IMG/VR virus record: IMGVR_UViG_3300028121_000007
Coordinates: 1 to 53,207 of that record
Strand: one strand, 5' to 3'
Length of the DNA stretch: 53,207 bases
From: a virus
Lineage: Duplodnaviria > Caudoviricetes
Shown here: positions 9,542 through 18,499 of the stretch, in pieces
Layout: every line of letters begins with the position of its first letter
How positions within the stretch are numbered: the first letter of the stretch is position 1
The notes under the pieces: generated by a model
The model's database searches: none
Told to the model about the DNA's origin: nothing
What the model saw: only the letters and a program-made list of their open reading frames with translations
Made by a program: the position numbers and the translations under genes

Positions 9542-10411
9542 TCAGTCTTTGGGCGCAGTCTTCTCGAAGTGCGCACGCACTTGAGCCGAAATCGCTTTGT
9601 GGTTCGGGTTGCGGATGTCGCTGTAAGCCGGGTCTGCCATCAGTTCGGTAATGGTCTTGCCGCCACCGATGGCGCCATTGGCACTGGCCGGCGTGCTGTC
9701 TTCTGTCATTTCCTTGGCCAGCGAGGCCAGCATGCGAATTGCCACAGGGTTGTTACCGATGGCTGCATCCATTTCCGCGAACGACACGCCAGACTTCTCG
9801 GCCAGCTTCTGAGCGACCCCATAGGCACCGGCAATCTCCTGCTTGGTGTTGTCTTTCCAGACGTCAGTGAGGGCTGCGATGGTGTCGTCTGCCGTGACTT
9901 CCTTGCCGGCACTCACCAGTGCGGGGGCCATCTCGGCGTACTTGTTCATGACGGACTCGTATTGCGCTTGGCTCAAACCCATCTCATGCGCTTCGGCGCG
10001 AAAGGCTTTGGAGCCGGCGTCATCGAGCGCCAAACCCTTGAAGGTGTCGGTGTCGGGCAGCTTGTAGTCGTCCGCAGACTTCGGACGCACACCACCGGCA
10101 CCCAGCCGCTTCTCCAGGCTGGCGCGGTGTTCTTCGACCTTGCGGAAGGTGGCGGTTACGTCCAGTTCGCCCTTGTCGTTCTTGACCTGGTACTTTTCAG
10201 GCACCTTGCTTGGAGCCCATTCGTCAGCCGCACCGGAAAGGGCAGACTTCGCAGGAGGCTCTGCAGGCTTGGCAGGTGGTGTCTCAAGCGCTTCTGGTGC
10301 TGCTTTGGCTTCAACTGCAGGCGTCTCGACCACGGGCACTTCAATGACGGCATCACCGCCACCGGCTGCGCCGGGTTCGTCGTTGAACAGGGGGATAAAA
10401 CGTGGCTTCAT
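9542..10411 (-). CDS. Capsid scaffolding protein
   Basis: Acidic Pro/Ala-rich N-terminus, VPEKY, AHEMGLSQAQ, IGNNPVAIRML, MADPAYSD...HK; downstream of portal. Confidence 0.85.
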   Translation of the reverse strand: MKPRFIPLFNDEPGAAGGGDAVIEVPVVETPAVEAKAAPEALETPPAKPAEPPAKSALSGAADEWAPSKVPEKYQVKNDKGELDVTATFRKVEEHRASLEKRLGAGGVRPKSADDYKLPDTDTFKGLALDDAGSKAFRAEAHEMGLSQAQYESVMNKYAEMAPALVSAGKEVTADDTIAALTDVWKDNTKQEIAGAYGVAQKLAEKSGVSFAEMDAAIGNNPVAIRMLASLAKEMTEDSTPASANGAIGGGKTITELMADPAYSDIRNPNHKAISAQVRAHFEKTAPKD

Positions 10412-10668
10412 TCAAAGTCCTTAATGTCAAAAGTAGATTGACGGTCTTCACCGCCGTTGGTGGCGAGGTCAATTTGCTGATCGATGAAGCGCAGCACCTT
10501 GTTGGCCCCGCCGTTCTCGAACGTCTGCAGAATGGCGTCTATCCCGCCACTGGTGACGGATGCCTGCGAGAAGCGATGCGCCAATTGGGCAAGAATGGCT
10601 TGCCCGCGTCGGTCATGCTCGAAAATCTGCCGGTAGTCTTCCGGCGTGGCGAGTTGCGTGGGATGCAA
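10408..10668 (-). CDS. Bbp19-like small protein
   Basis: DYRQIFE...GQAILAQL...FENG..KVLRFI; lies between portal and scaffold. Confidence 0.7.
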   Translation of the reverse strand: MHPTQLATPEDYRQIFEHDRRGQAILAQLAHRFSQASVTSGGIDAILQTFENGGANKVLRFIDQQIDLATNGGEDRQSTFDIKDFE

Positions 10669-10669
10669 A

Positions 10670-12298
10670 TCAAGCTCCTATGTTGTCAACGACCTTCGAG
10701 CCGGCTTGCATCATGAGTTGTTCTTTGGCCGCTTGCTCTTTGGCTTGTGCTTGTGCTTGTGCATCCTGCTGGCGCTTGGCAAGCAACTCGTCAGGCCCCC
10801 GAAGGAACTGCGCAGGCACGCCGTAATCCAGACCCATGTCGTAGTTCACTTCGTCCCACTTGACCGCATCGAGCGCGGACAGGTCTTGCCGGGCTTGTGC
10901 CTGGGCGAGAAGGCCAGCGGTGTACGCCGTCACGGCGTTGACCTGTTCCATTTTTTGCGAGCGTGCCAACGGGCTGATGTAGGTGACCGTGTAGTCAGCG
11001 TTCTGCAGGCTTTCAGGGACTGGCCCCAGTTGGGCTTCAAGCGCCCCCGCACGAAAGGCAATCGAGAAGCACCGCTCCACGACCACCTTCAAGTATTCGG
11101 ACTGCAGACGGCCAAGAATCGGCCCCAGCAATTGCCGGATGAGCATGACGTTCTGTTGAATCTCAGTGGCCGAACGGACGGGGCCATTGGCCGGCGTCAA
11201 CTGGTCAGCCATCAAGGTCTTGCGGATCGACGCCCGAAGCTGGTCACCCTTGCTGAACGAGACGTTGAAGTTTGCCCCGGTGGTCAGTGGCGCCATCGAG
11301 TCCAGGCTGGCCATCATGACGATCTTGCGCGGGCCAATGCGGATCGTCTTGGGGTTCAACACCCCGTCATCCACTGCTTTCCACATACCCGCGACTGCAA
11401 TGTCCATTGACATGAGTTCCATGCGGATGATGTCGTTCAGGGTCTTGACGTCAGGCAGGACGTTCGAGCCAATGCCGGTGGCATATGGCGTGCCGGGTAT
11501 CAGCCTCCAGCGTGGAACGGCACACGGGAACTCGTGGTAACCGCTTTCCTTGCAGATGTGTTTGCCGCTGACTTCCATATGCACGCTGGCAAAGGGCAGG
11601 CTCTTGGCAAGCATCCCGGTTGAACCCCGGCGCGGCTCAATCGCCCACAGCATTTCCACCTTTTCAGCCAGCTTGCCATCGTGGTATTTCTTGCGCGTGC
11701 TGTCTGATACCTTGTCCAACCCGTACTCGGCCACCGCTTGCTCCACTGTAGGCGACCAGCAGCGGTAGAGCGTGTCCACCCGGCCTTGCGCCTTGCTTGA
11801 CGCGGCATAACACTGGGCCAGCGGCCAGGCCTCGAAGTTGAAGCCCGGTGCATCCCGGCCTTGCGAGTCTTTGGCCTGCTCGATGTAGAGCACGAACCAG
11901 CCTGCAGGGACCAGGTCTGAATAGGCTTCGTAGCTGACCGCAGAGAATCCGCTTGAATGGATATGCTCGAAGATGAACTGGGCCGCGCCGTCCATCCACT
12001 TCGTTGCTTCTTCACCGCGTTGACCCGCATCGAGCGAGAACCAACGGGAATTCTCAGGCGTCATGCCGGACGAGAAATTGCTTTTCAGGACTTCCGCCGC
12101 GTCCACTGCCGTGCTGTCGTACAGCCTGGCCCGTTGTGCATGGGCATTGCCTGCAGCGGTTGCAACGTCGCCATACCAGCCCTCAGCACGTTCGGGCGCA
12201 AGGTACGTGAACACATCGCGCCACACCGATTCGTTCGGCTGGCGCTGTGCTTTGAGTTGCTCAAGCCGACGCTGCAGTTTGGTGGCGGTATCGTCCAT
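10670..12298 (-). CDS. Portal (head-tail connector) protein
   Basis: 542 aa; LYDSTA, SGMTP..RWF, ESGYHEFP..VPRW, SATEI, LGPILGRLQSE, YISPLARSQK. Confidence 0.93.
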   Translation of the reverse strand: MDDTATKLQRRLEQLKAQRQPNESVWRDVFTYLAPERAEGWYGDVATAAGNAHAQRARLYDSTAVDAAEVLKSNFSSGMTPENSRWFSLDAGQRGEEATKWMDGAAQFIFEHIHSSGFSAVSYEAYSDLVPAGWFVLYIEQAKDSQGRDAPGFNFEAWPLAQCYAASSKAQGRVDTLYRCWSPTVEQAVAEYGLDKVSDSTRKKYHDGKLAEKVEMLWAIEPRRGSTGMLAKSLPFASVHMEVSGKHICKESGYHEFPCAVPRWRLIPGTPYATGIGSNVLPDVKTLNDIIRMELMSMDIAVAGMWKAVDDGVLNPKTIRIGPRKIVMMASLDSMAPLTTGANFNVSFSKGDQLRASIRKTLMADQLTPANGPVRSATEIQQNVMLIRQLLGPILGRLQSEYLKVVVERCFSIAFRAGALEAQLGPVPESLQNADYTVTYISPLARSQKMEQVNAVTAYTAGLLAQAQARQDLSALDAVKWDEVNYDMGLDYGVPAQFLRGPDELLAKRQQDAQAQAQAKEQAAKEQLMMQAGSKVVDNIGA

Positions 12299-12507
12299 TA
12301 CATCCCGAGCGTGGTTTTGCCGCCAGACGACAGGGCGGAGGCAGGCGCAAGACCGGCGCCCGTGGACAGGGCAGAGACGCGCCTGGCCTTGGTGCGGGTC
12401 GCGCCGTCAGCGTTGGCTTTGGCAGCGGCTTCTGCAGCAGCCTTGTCAGCGGCGATTTGAGGATCGACCGGAACCACCACATCCGGCACTTTGGGGCTAC
12501 CGCACAT
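12298..12507 (-). CDS. Small virion protein (T7 gp7.3-like position)
   Basis: MCGSPKVP...KTTLG, directly upstream of portal. Confidence 0.6.
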   Translation of the reverse strand: MCGSPKVPDVVVPVDPQIAADKAAAEAAAKANADGATRTKARRVSALSTGAGLAPASALSSGGKTTLGM

Positions 12508-12510
12508 GGC

Positions 12511-12921
12511 TTATGCCGTGCCCGACAAGCCGAGCTTTTGCAGCTCGTGCAGAACAGGGGACGAACCCAGGTGCGCAGGCACGATCCAGCCTTCTTGCGT
12601 CAGGACAGCGCCTTCCATCTTTGCCTGCTTGGCAGCGGTGAAGTTCGAAGCGCGCGGCAGTTCGACCACAGGCACGACAGCGCCGCGTGGCGCTTGCTTG
12701 GAGATGTCGTGGACCAACCCCTTGAGGCTGGCATTTTCCTGGCGCAGAGCGGCTTGCTCGGCCTCCATGGCGGCAAAGCGTTCTTCCATGCTCATTGATG
12801 GCGTCGCCGTGCGGACAGGCGCGTCATTCAGCACGTCAGAGGTTCGCAGGTCAGCGCCTGACAGTTCTGTGACTGGAGCGTCTTCGCCGGGCGTGCGGAT
12901 AGAGGGGGATGCTTTGGACAT
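12511..12921 (-). CDS. Hypothetical protein, first gene of the head operon
   Basis: GGAG RBS, coiled coil, conserved-looking VLTQEGWIVP; follows late promoter 2. Confidence 0.7.
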   Translation of the reverse strand: MSKASPSIRTPGEDAPVTELSGADLRTSDVLNDAPVRTATPSMSMEERFAAMEAEQAALRQENASLKGLVHDISKQAPRGAVVPVVELPRASNFTAAKQAKMEGAVLTQEGWIVPAHLGSSPVLHELQKLGLSGTA

Positions 12922-12948
12922 GGGGACTCCGGGAAATTAGATGCAGGC

Positions 12949-12984
12949 AGTTTGCGTCTGCAGCCCGCCAAAATCCCGGACAGA
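12949..12984 (-). promoter_or_regulatory. Putative late promoter 2 (head operon)
   Basis: TCTGTCCGGGATTTTG-N14-CAAACT-GCCTGCATC; the 16-mer is identical to the copy at 6763-6778. Confidence 0.75.
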
Positions 12985-13192
12985 ATCACCCACCCCCTAT
13001 CGCAACCCACTTCAGCGCCGCATACTGCAGCCACTACGCGGGAGCACATCATCCTTATGCGATTCGACTAAGCCACGATGCAACCTGGCCATACTGGCAA
13101 ACCACTTGTACCCGCTGAGTAGTTCATGCAGGTGGCGCGCTTTTAGACGCTGATGGCTCGCAAGTTACGGGCGTCAAGTTTGGCAACGGCAT

Positions 13193-13230
13193 AAGAAAAG
13201 CCCGGTTCTCGCGAGTCGGGCTTTTTCTTT
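13193..13230. terminator. Bidirectional terminator ending the early-right/middle operon
   Basis: AAGAAAAGCCCGGTTCTCGCGAGTCGGGCTTTTTCTTT. Confidence 0.8.
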
Positions 13231-13320
13231 GCACGGTGCAAACCTTCAGCCTGCGTTTGTTACCGCTTTTTGGGTAAAACCCCGTATTTTTGGAGACTTT
13301 CGCCTGTTTCTGTTACAGAT

Positions 13321-13530
13321 TCAGCCGCCATCATCCGCCACGGTCGGCACATTACGCCACTCACCACCCTGCCTGTATTCCATTCGCCGCGTCATGGTGA
13401 GCATTTGCTCTTGGGTTAATTCTTCTTCCCAGTACTGCTGCAGCACTTTTTCATCCCTGGCCGTGTCGGGGCCGTATTGAGGCGTAAGCACTTGCTTGAT
13501 GACGTAGCGTAGGTTTTGTGTCGGGATCAT
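13321..13530 (-). CDS. Hypothetical protein
   Basis: ATGA coupling to upstream gene; LQQYW...EWRNVP phage motif. Confidence 0.65.
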   Translation of the reverse strand: MIPTQNLRYVIKQVLTPQYGPDTARDEKVLQQYWEEELTQEQMLTMTRRMEYRQGGEWRNVPTVADDGG

Positions 13531-13913
13531 GGTTTGTCGCCTTCTATTTTTACCCATACCGACTCATACGCAAAGTCTGGGCGCGAGATGAATGTGCAGC
13601 CGGCGAAGGCGAAGGCTGGCGCGTTGGCCTTCGCCTGCATGGCTGCATCAAGCTCCGACTCACCAATCTTGACCCAGGCGCACTCGGCTTCGTCATATTG
13701 GCAAATCCTGATATCTGGATGACCACCTTTTGCGAAGCGATACCGCTCTGCGTCCACCCGCAGCGCCGCAATCTCAGCAGCCTGCGCATCCAGCCTATCA
13801 GCCACAGACCGCAGCGAATCCGGTGACACCGGCACCATACGCGACGCGGCAGGGTTATCGGCCCAGTCCCGCAGGTCTTTCGTTGTCGGGGTAAAGACAG
13901 ATTCCATTTTCAT
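13527..13913 (-). CDS. Hypothetical protein (Ea22-like modular)
   Basis: AGGAG RBS; AEIAALRVDAERYR...LDAAM module. Confidence 0.65.
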   Translation of the reverse strand: MKMESVFTPTTKDLRDWADNPAASRMVPVSPDSLRSVADRLDAQAAEIAALRVDAERYRFAKGGHPDIRICQYDEAECAWVKIGESELDAAMQAKANAPAFAFAGCTFISRPDFAYESVWVKIEGDKP

Positions 13914-13932
13914 GCTCCTGTTGTAAGTTAAT

Positions 13933-14274
13933 TCACCGCGACCGCGCTGCACTCAGCACGCTAACCGTCCGCCGTGGCAGTCTATCCCGGTCCATTTCCG
14001 TCACATCCATCCACAACTGCACCAACGCCTCGCCGCTGGGGTGGCTGGGCTGGTGGATATTGCACCGCCAGCCGCCAATTGCCGTCCGGGAGTTGCCTGT
14101 TGCCAGCGATAGGGTTCTGTGCGTGTAGCCGTGGCGCTCCAGGTCTACGATGACGCGGAACCAGTCCACCAGGTCCACCACCGGGCAAAACGTGCGCGCG
14201 CGCGAGACTGAGGGATTTTCTCGCCCATCCCTTCCCAATTCCTGCGCAATCCGAACCGCTTTAATTTGCCGCAT
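13933..14274 (-). CDS. HTH protein, candidate late-transcription regulator
   Basis: VDWFRVIVDLERHGYTHRTLSLATGNSRTAIGGWR...P.H..GEALVQLW; GAAGGAG RBS; near the end of the middle operon (Q-like position). Confidence 0.6.
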   Translation of the reverse strand: MRQIKAVRIAQELGRDGRENPSVSRARTFCPVVDLVDWFRVIVDLERHGYTHRTLSLATGNSRTAIGGWRCNIHQPSHPSGEALVQLWMDVTEMDRDRLPRRTVSVLSAARSR

Positions 14275-14479
14275 GGCCTTCTCCTTCAAAATTAAGCGCA
14301 CCGAAAAGATCGAACTGCCCCGCCTGCACTTCAACCGCCACCGATGCAACCGCCTGCCTTGCCTTGGGCTGGGTCATCCCTGCCGACTGTGCGCACACCG
14401 GGCCGAGATAGAACGGGTAGCGGCCCATGCTGGTGTAGGCGGGTTTTGTCAAAGGACGATGACAGGCCGCGCACCTCAT
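14261..14479 (-). CDS. Small Zn-finger protein
   Basis: RCAACHRPL...GPVCA. Confidence 0.55.
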   Translation of the reverse strand: MRCAACHRPLTKPAYTSMGRYPFYLGPVCAQSAGMTQPKARQAVASVAVEVQAGQFDLFGALNFEGEGHAAN

Positions 14480-14805
14480 GGGCTTGCGGTGATTGACACG
14501 TGATGCATCTTGGTTGGGTCAAACATCATCCGGCCGAGCCATTGCGCAGCGATAGCCGCAAAGCCGTCATCCCCGGCCAGCAAGTGGTTCTGCGCGTAAA
14601 CCTCGACCCGCTCAGCAAACCAGTCCAGGTACACGATTGACTCCACATCCTGCCCATCGGTCGAGGACAAGCCCAGCTTGCAATTGCTCCAGGCTGCAGC
14701 CAAAGGGTGCGAGGCAGGAATCTCTCCGGGTTTTGCAAAACGCTTTGAGCGAAGCCACATACCCTTCAGCCGCGCGAAGGTTGTATCGGGTTGATGGAAA
14801 ACCAT
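14476..14805 (-). CDS. Hypothetical protein
   Basis: Translationally coupled within the operon. Confidence 0.6.
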   Translation of the reverse strand: MVFHQPDTTFARLKGMWLRSKRFAKPGEIPASHPLAAAWSNCKLGLSSTDGQDVESIVYLDWFAERVEVYAQNHLLAGDDGFAAIAAQWLGRMMFDPTKMHHVSITASP

Positions 14806-15113
14806 TACCGCCCTCCGTCTTGTTTTGACGCCGGCCCAATGCCAAGAGCGGCCTCAATGTCGCGGATGAACTGCCGAAGGCTTGCGCGGCTCAACAGCTT
14901 CTTTTCGCAAAGCTCGTCCAAGATCACGTCTGTCAGTGGCTGGCGCTCTATCGGCTTAGGCAATGCCAGCGCAGCACGAAGTTCGACAACAACAGAGGTT
15001 CTCGCCATTTGCGCCCACGGCGAACGCACGCCATTAACTGCAGCCGTGTCGGCATAGGCGTCGATCAACGCCATCAGCGCAGCATCCCGCAGGCTGGGTG
15101 TCGGGGCGGTCAC
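14805..15113 (-). CDS. Hypothetical protein
   Basis: Coupled; QPLTD...RDIEAALGI phage module. Confidence 0.6.
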   Translation of the reverse strand: MTAPTPSLRDAALMALIDAYADTAAVNGVRSPWAQMARTSVVVELRAALALPKPIERQPLTDVILDELCEKKLLSRASLRQFIRDIEAALGIGPASKQDGGR

Positions 15114-15274
15114 AGTGCGGCCCCGATAGCAGCGGCAGATTCACGGACTAACCGGCGCGCATCCGGCCTTGATGCAAACCAGTCGAACAACTTGCGGCTG
15201 TCGTCTTGCATCATGCCGGGAGGCCAGCCCGTCTTGGGCGCAAGCTCGCGGGCTGTTTTGCTGCACGTGCTCAT
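15110..15274 (-). CDS. Hypothetical 54-aa protein (not in the ORF track)
   Basis: MSTCSKTARELAPKTGWPPGMMQDDSRKLFDWFASRPDARR...; ATGA/GTGA overlaps at both ends. Confidence 0.6.
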   Translation of the reverse strand: MSTCSKTARELAPKTGWPPGMMQDDSRKLFDWFASRPDARRLVRESAAAIGAAL

Positions 15275-15546
15275 TGTGTTACCCCGGCACGAAAGTAGCC
15301 CGAGCCAACCAAAACCCGTGCAAGTTCCGCCTGCTCAGCGCTTTTCAGCATGTGCCCGCCGTCAACCTGGCCATTCATGTACCCGTGCCAGTAGCCCTTT
15401 TCGCGGCGGGTGTAGTCAGGCGTGTTTTTGAGGCCGGCGAGATAACCCGGCACCAGGGCGTCTTGCTCCAGTGCATTGAGTTGCGCGACAGTCGTCACGG
15501 CTCGCATGTCGGCCTTGGGTGTCTTAGAATCTTGTGCAGCAATCAT
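15271..15546 (-). CDS. Hypothetical protein
   Basis: GYLAG...YWHGYMNG motif; start trimmed from the ORF track. Confidence 0.6.
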   Translation of the reverse strand: MIAAQDSKTPKADMRAVTTVAQLNALEQDALVPGYLAGLKNTPDYTRREKGYWHGYMNGQVDGGHMLKSAEQAELARVLVGSGYFRAGVTQ

Positions 15547-15713
15547 TGAGTTACTTTCAGTGTTTGTTAGAAGCCCGTCCGGTGTTGAAAGCGCCGTGCG
15601 GGCTTTGTTGATTTTACCATTCCCGCACCCAAAATAGCAAGTTATTTGCCTCTTATTTAGTAGCATGAAACCCTTTCCGGCATTGCGTTTGCGCTGGTTT
15701 TGATGGTGCAAAA

Positions 15714-16319
15714 TTAGCTATCATTTTTGAAGCTCTTGTAAACCGGCTCGACGTCCGACTGAGCCGCCACGGACAAGAGAACGCCATTCTTTTTGTATCT
15801 ATTACCGGAAAACCTACGATTGCTTGCCTGGGTTTTTGCATCAGCCCACCGGCAATTCCCTGGCTCGTAGTTTCCGTTTACGTCGATTCGGTCAATCGAC
15901 TGGCTTTCGTCGGGCATCCCCATATCAAAAATGAATGCTTCAAAAGAAAGCCGCCAAGCGTCGCAAACAGCGATACCCCTTCCTCCGTACAAATGGCGCT
16001 CACCATATTTTTCATAGTGGCAGCGATTTATCATGTTTCGCCAAATTCTGTAGGGGCGAGATTTTGACAGCCCATGGGTGGACGAGCGCTCGGAGGTCAA
16101 TTCACGCTCAAGGCAGCCGCAAGACCTTGTTTTTCCGCCGGTCAGATGTGACCCGCGAACAACCTTTTGTATTCCGCAAACACAAACACACAGCCAGTTT
16201 GATTTGCCTGCGGACTTGCCCGCATAACTAATGACTGTCAACCTTAAAAAGACAGACCCGGATAGGTCAATCCTTGGTGGAATTGATTTATAAATTTCTG
16301 TAGAATTGCTATCGCTCAT
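15714..16319 (-). CDS. HNH homing endonuclease-like protein
   Basis: WLCVCVCG...SCGC, YGGRGIAVC..W..FEAFIFDMG, SIDRIDVNGNYEPGNCRWA. Confidence 0.85.
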   Translation of the reverse strand: MSDSNSTEIYKSIPPRIDLSGSVFLRLTVISYAGKSAGKSNWLCVCVCGIQKVVRGSHLTGGKTRSCGCLERELTSERSSTHGLSKSRPYRIWRNMINRCHYEKYGERHLYGGRGIAVCDAWRLSFEAFIFDMGMPDESQSIDRIDVNGNYEPGNCRWADAKTQASNRRFSGNRYKKNGVLLSVAAQSDVEPVYKSFKNDS

Positions 16320-16373
16320 GCCGCTTGTCCTTTCATGACAATGGTTTGGGAAGTGGAAACCGCATGCTTGAAC

Positions 16374-16775
16374 TCATGCGGTTTCTGCGCTTATTTTAAC
16401 ATCGTTCATTGCGCAAAACGCCAATGAATACTCGATCAAACTGCCGCCTCTGGCCTTGCTCATTGCGGCTGTTGACTCGCGCAAATTGACGAATTCCCCC
16501 TCGATTCCGGGGACCATCTCACTCCCTTCTTTTGTCGCGATGGCGTGACCTGAAACCAGCAACACCTTCCATTGCACGGCGTTGCGCGGTTTCCCTGCCC
16601 ATTGCGTCTTTGCTCTTGCAATGTCTGAGCAAAGCGCGTGGAATTTAGCGTTTTGTTCAAGCGTCCGGCTGGGTTCCGCAATCGTGCAGATGTAGCCCTC
16701 TGGCGCGTCCTGCACCGCTCTAATCGCGCCTGCCCTTGCTTGGGCGTGGACTAAGCGGAAAAGGCGCTTCGTCAT
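16374..16775 (-). CDS. ninB: NinB/Orf family recombination protein
   Basis: RTLEQNAKFHALCSDIA...W.G...WKVLL...PGIEGEFVNLRESTAAM. Confidence 0.85.
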   Translation of the reverse strand: MTKRLFRLVHAQARAGAIRAVQDAPEGYICTIAEPSRTLEQNAKFHALCSDIARAKTQWAGKPRNAVQWKVLLVSGHAIATKEGSEMVPGIEGEFVNLRESTAAMSKARGGSLIEYSLAFCAMNDVKISAETA

Positions 16776-17044
16776 ACCGGGTCACCTTCGAGCCGCCTGA
16801 CGATCAGCTGCGAATACCCGGCGATGTCAATCCATGAGTCGGCATAGTTGGGGTCGCCGTTCAGAATGCGGCCGATTTTGTGCGCAATCATGTCCAGGGC
16901 TTCGCGCTGGTCGTCGTCGAGCCGGTGGTGCCAGTTATCCACGCCGCGCATGAGGTTCTTGAGGTCTTGCGTGATGGCAGCATGTTTCGTGAACACGCCA
17001 TAACGGCTACCGCGCTCAACCAGGATTTCGTTTACGTTGCTCAT
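16772..17044 (-). CDS. DUF6378-like helical protein
   Basis: ERGSRYG...EALDMIAHKIGRILNGDPNYADSWIDIAGY. Confidence 0.75.
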   Translation of the reverse strand: MSNVNEILVERGSRYGVFTKHAAITQDLKNLMRGVDNWHHRLDDDQREALDMIAHKIGRILNGDPNYADSWIDIAGYSQLIVRRLEGDPV

Positions 17045-17676
17045 GCCAGTTCCTTGATTCGTTTTTCCAGACGCCGCGCCTTGCGGGCAAAGACCTGTTT
17101 CAGCCGCACCAGGTAAGCCGCATCACTGCGCTTAACCGCGTTCTGCGTGCGCAGCCAGTCCACCTTGTCGGCGCCGATACGATCCACGATGCGCGGGGCA
17201 TAGTTGGCAATGTTCCCGCTCAGGTGGTTGTTGCAGACGCTGCAAGCCTTGTGAATGTTCCAGAGGTGAAAGCGCAGGCCGGATGCAGCCCCTACGCTGC
17301 GAAAGTGTGATGCGTGCCACTGGCCATCCCACGATGCGGGCTTGTCGCAGCTGACGCAACCCATGTGGGCATCGCGTAGCCGAACGTACTTGTTCACCAC
17401 GGCCTGCGCTTCGGCGGCCAGCGTGGCATTGCTTTTGAGCTTGGCCAGCTTGTCCTTCGTCTCCCTGCGCTCCCTGACTTGCGCCACCTTTTCAGCCTTG
17501 CCGCGAATCGAGACAGCCAAGGCTTGTGCGCATCCAATACCGCACACAGATTGCATGGGCAGTCGGGCATCGAACTGGCCTTTGCATACCTTGCAGGTTT
17601 TTGGCGTGCCGGTGATGAACTGCCCCAGCCGGGTTTCGGGTTTCCTGCGGATTCCGGCTTTTATCAGCGTGCTCAT
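17041..17676 (-). CDS. ninG: NinG/Rap recombination endonuclease
   Basis: CKVC...C..C, NKYVRLRD..GCVSC, HASHFRSVGA..LRF...NIHKACSVCN.HLSGN. Confidence 0.9.
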   Translation of the reverse strand: MSTLIKAGIRRKPETRLGQFITGTPKTCKVCKGQFDARLPMQSVCGIGCAQALAVSIRGKAEKVAQVRERRETKDKLAKLKSNATLAAEAQAVVNKYVRLRDAHMGCVSCDKPASWDGQWHASHFRSVGAASGLRFHLWNIHKACSVCNNHLSGNIANYAPRIVDRIGADKVDWLRTQNAVKRSDAAYLVRLKQVFARKARRLEKRIKELA

Positions 17677-17861
17677 GCGTCACCGCCATTCAAGATTTCG
17701 GCAGCTTGCCTTGCACGCTCCCTCAGGTCCGCGTTCTGCATGATGGTCTTTATGTCGCAATTGCTAATGTGCGCGATAAAGTCCTGTGCGGCCTTCAGTT
17801 GCGCTTCCAGCCGGGCGACTTTTCGCAGTAGCGCGGCATTTGTCATGGGTTTTGTGCTCAT
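17673..17861 (-). CDS. Hypothetical protein
   Basis: Coupled small ORF in the nin region. Confidence 0.55.
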   Translation of the reverse strand: MSTKPMTNAALLRKVARLEAQLKAAQDFIAHISNCDIKTIMQNADLRERARQAAEILNGGDA

Positions 17862-18064
17862 TGCAATTCTCCAAGTTCATGTTGCGCAGGCCGATACCCT
17901 TGAGCCTTCACCAGCGCCCCCACAGCAGCCCGAAGGCCGATAAACAGCCCGTGGTAACCCCTGTCGTTTTCCAAGTCGCTACAGGCTGTTCTGGCGTACT
18001 GCCAAAAACCGGGCGTCATCGCCAGTTGCGCTAAATGCGCGGCTTTTCGGTTGAATGTGGTCAT
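17858..18064 (-). CDS. Hypothetical protein
   Basis: Coupled small ORF in the nin region. Confidence 0.55.
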   Translation of the reverse strand: MTTFNRKAAHLAQLAMTPGFWQYARTACSDLENDRGYHGLFIGLRAAVGALVKAQGYRPAQHELGELQ

Positions 18065-18498
18065 GCGGCCTCCCAGCGCAATTTGTCTTGCAACGGGCTT
18101 GTGTCAATGCGTGGGCGTGATGGTGTTGACCAACTCCTACCTTTGACTTCACCAACAACCCTCCAGCCAGCGGCACGTAGTGATGCGCCCATTTCAGAGG
18201 CCAGCGTATATGTCACCAACTTCGTGTAGCCCAGCGACTTAGCAGCACGCCATGCCGCGCCGTACAGCATCGAGCATGCGTGTGGAGTGCCATCTGTACA
18301 GAGCCGGTTGACTTCAATCGTCACGCCATCATCCAAGCCGCGCGCGACAGGGCGCCCGACAATCACCACGCCGACGACATCTTGCAAAGATGCGGCAATG
18401 CAGAATTTGGCTCCGACTACTGGGCCTCGGTGACGGTGGTACTGCGCAACAAAAGCGTTCGCCTCTGCAAGCGTCACAGGGGTTAAATGCAACTTCAT
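18061..18498 (-). CDS. XF1762-family, Mom-like GNAT-fold putative DNA-modification protein
   Basis: EANAFVAQYHRH...GVVIVGRPVAR..DDG.TIEVNRLCTDG..ACSMLYGAAWRAA..LGY..LVTYTL.SE.GASLRAAGW. Confidence 0.75.
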   Translation of the reverse strand: MKLHLTPVTLAEANAFVAQYHRHRGPVVGAKFCIAASLQDVVGVVIVGRPVARGLDDGVTIEVNRLCTDGTPHACSMLYGAAWRAAKSLGYTKLVTYTLASEMGASLRAAGWRVVGEVKGRSWSTPSRPRIDTSPLQDKLRWEAA

Positions 18499-18499
18499 C

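Noticed and set aside
13035-13066. ATCGCATAA (minus strand) as an Xer/dif site
   Set aside because: Resembles only the XerC arm; no XerD arm at the 6-bp spacing
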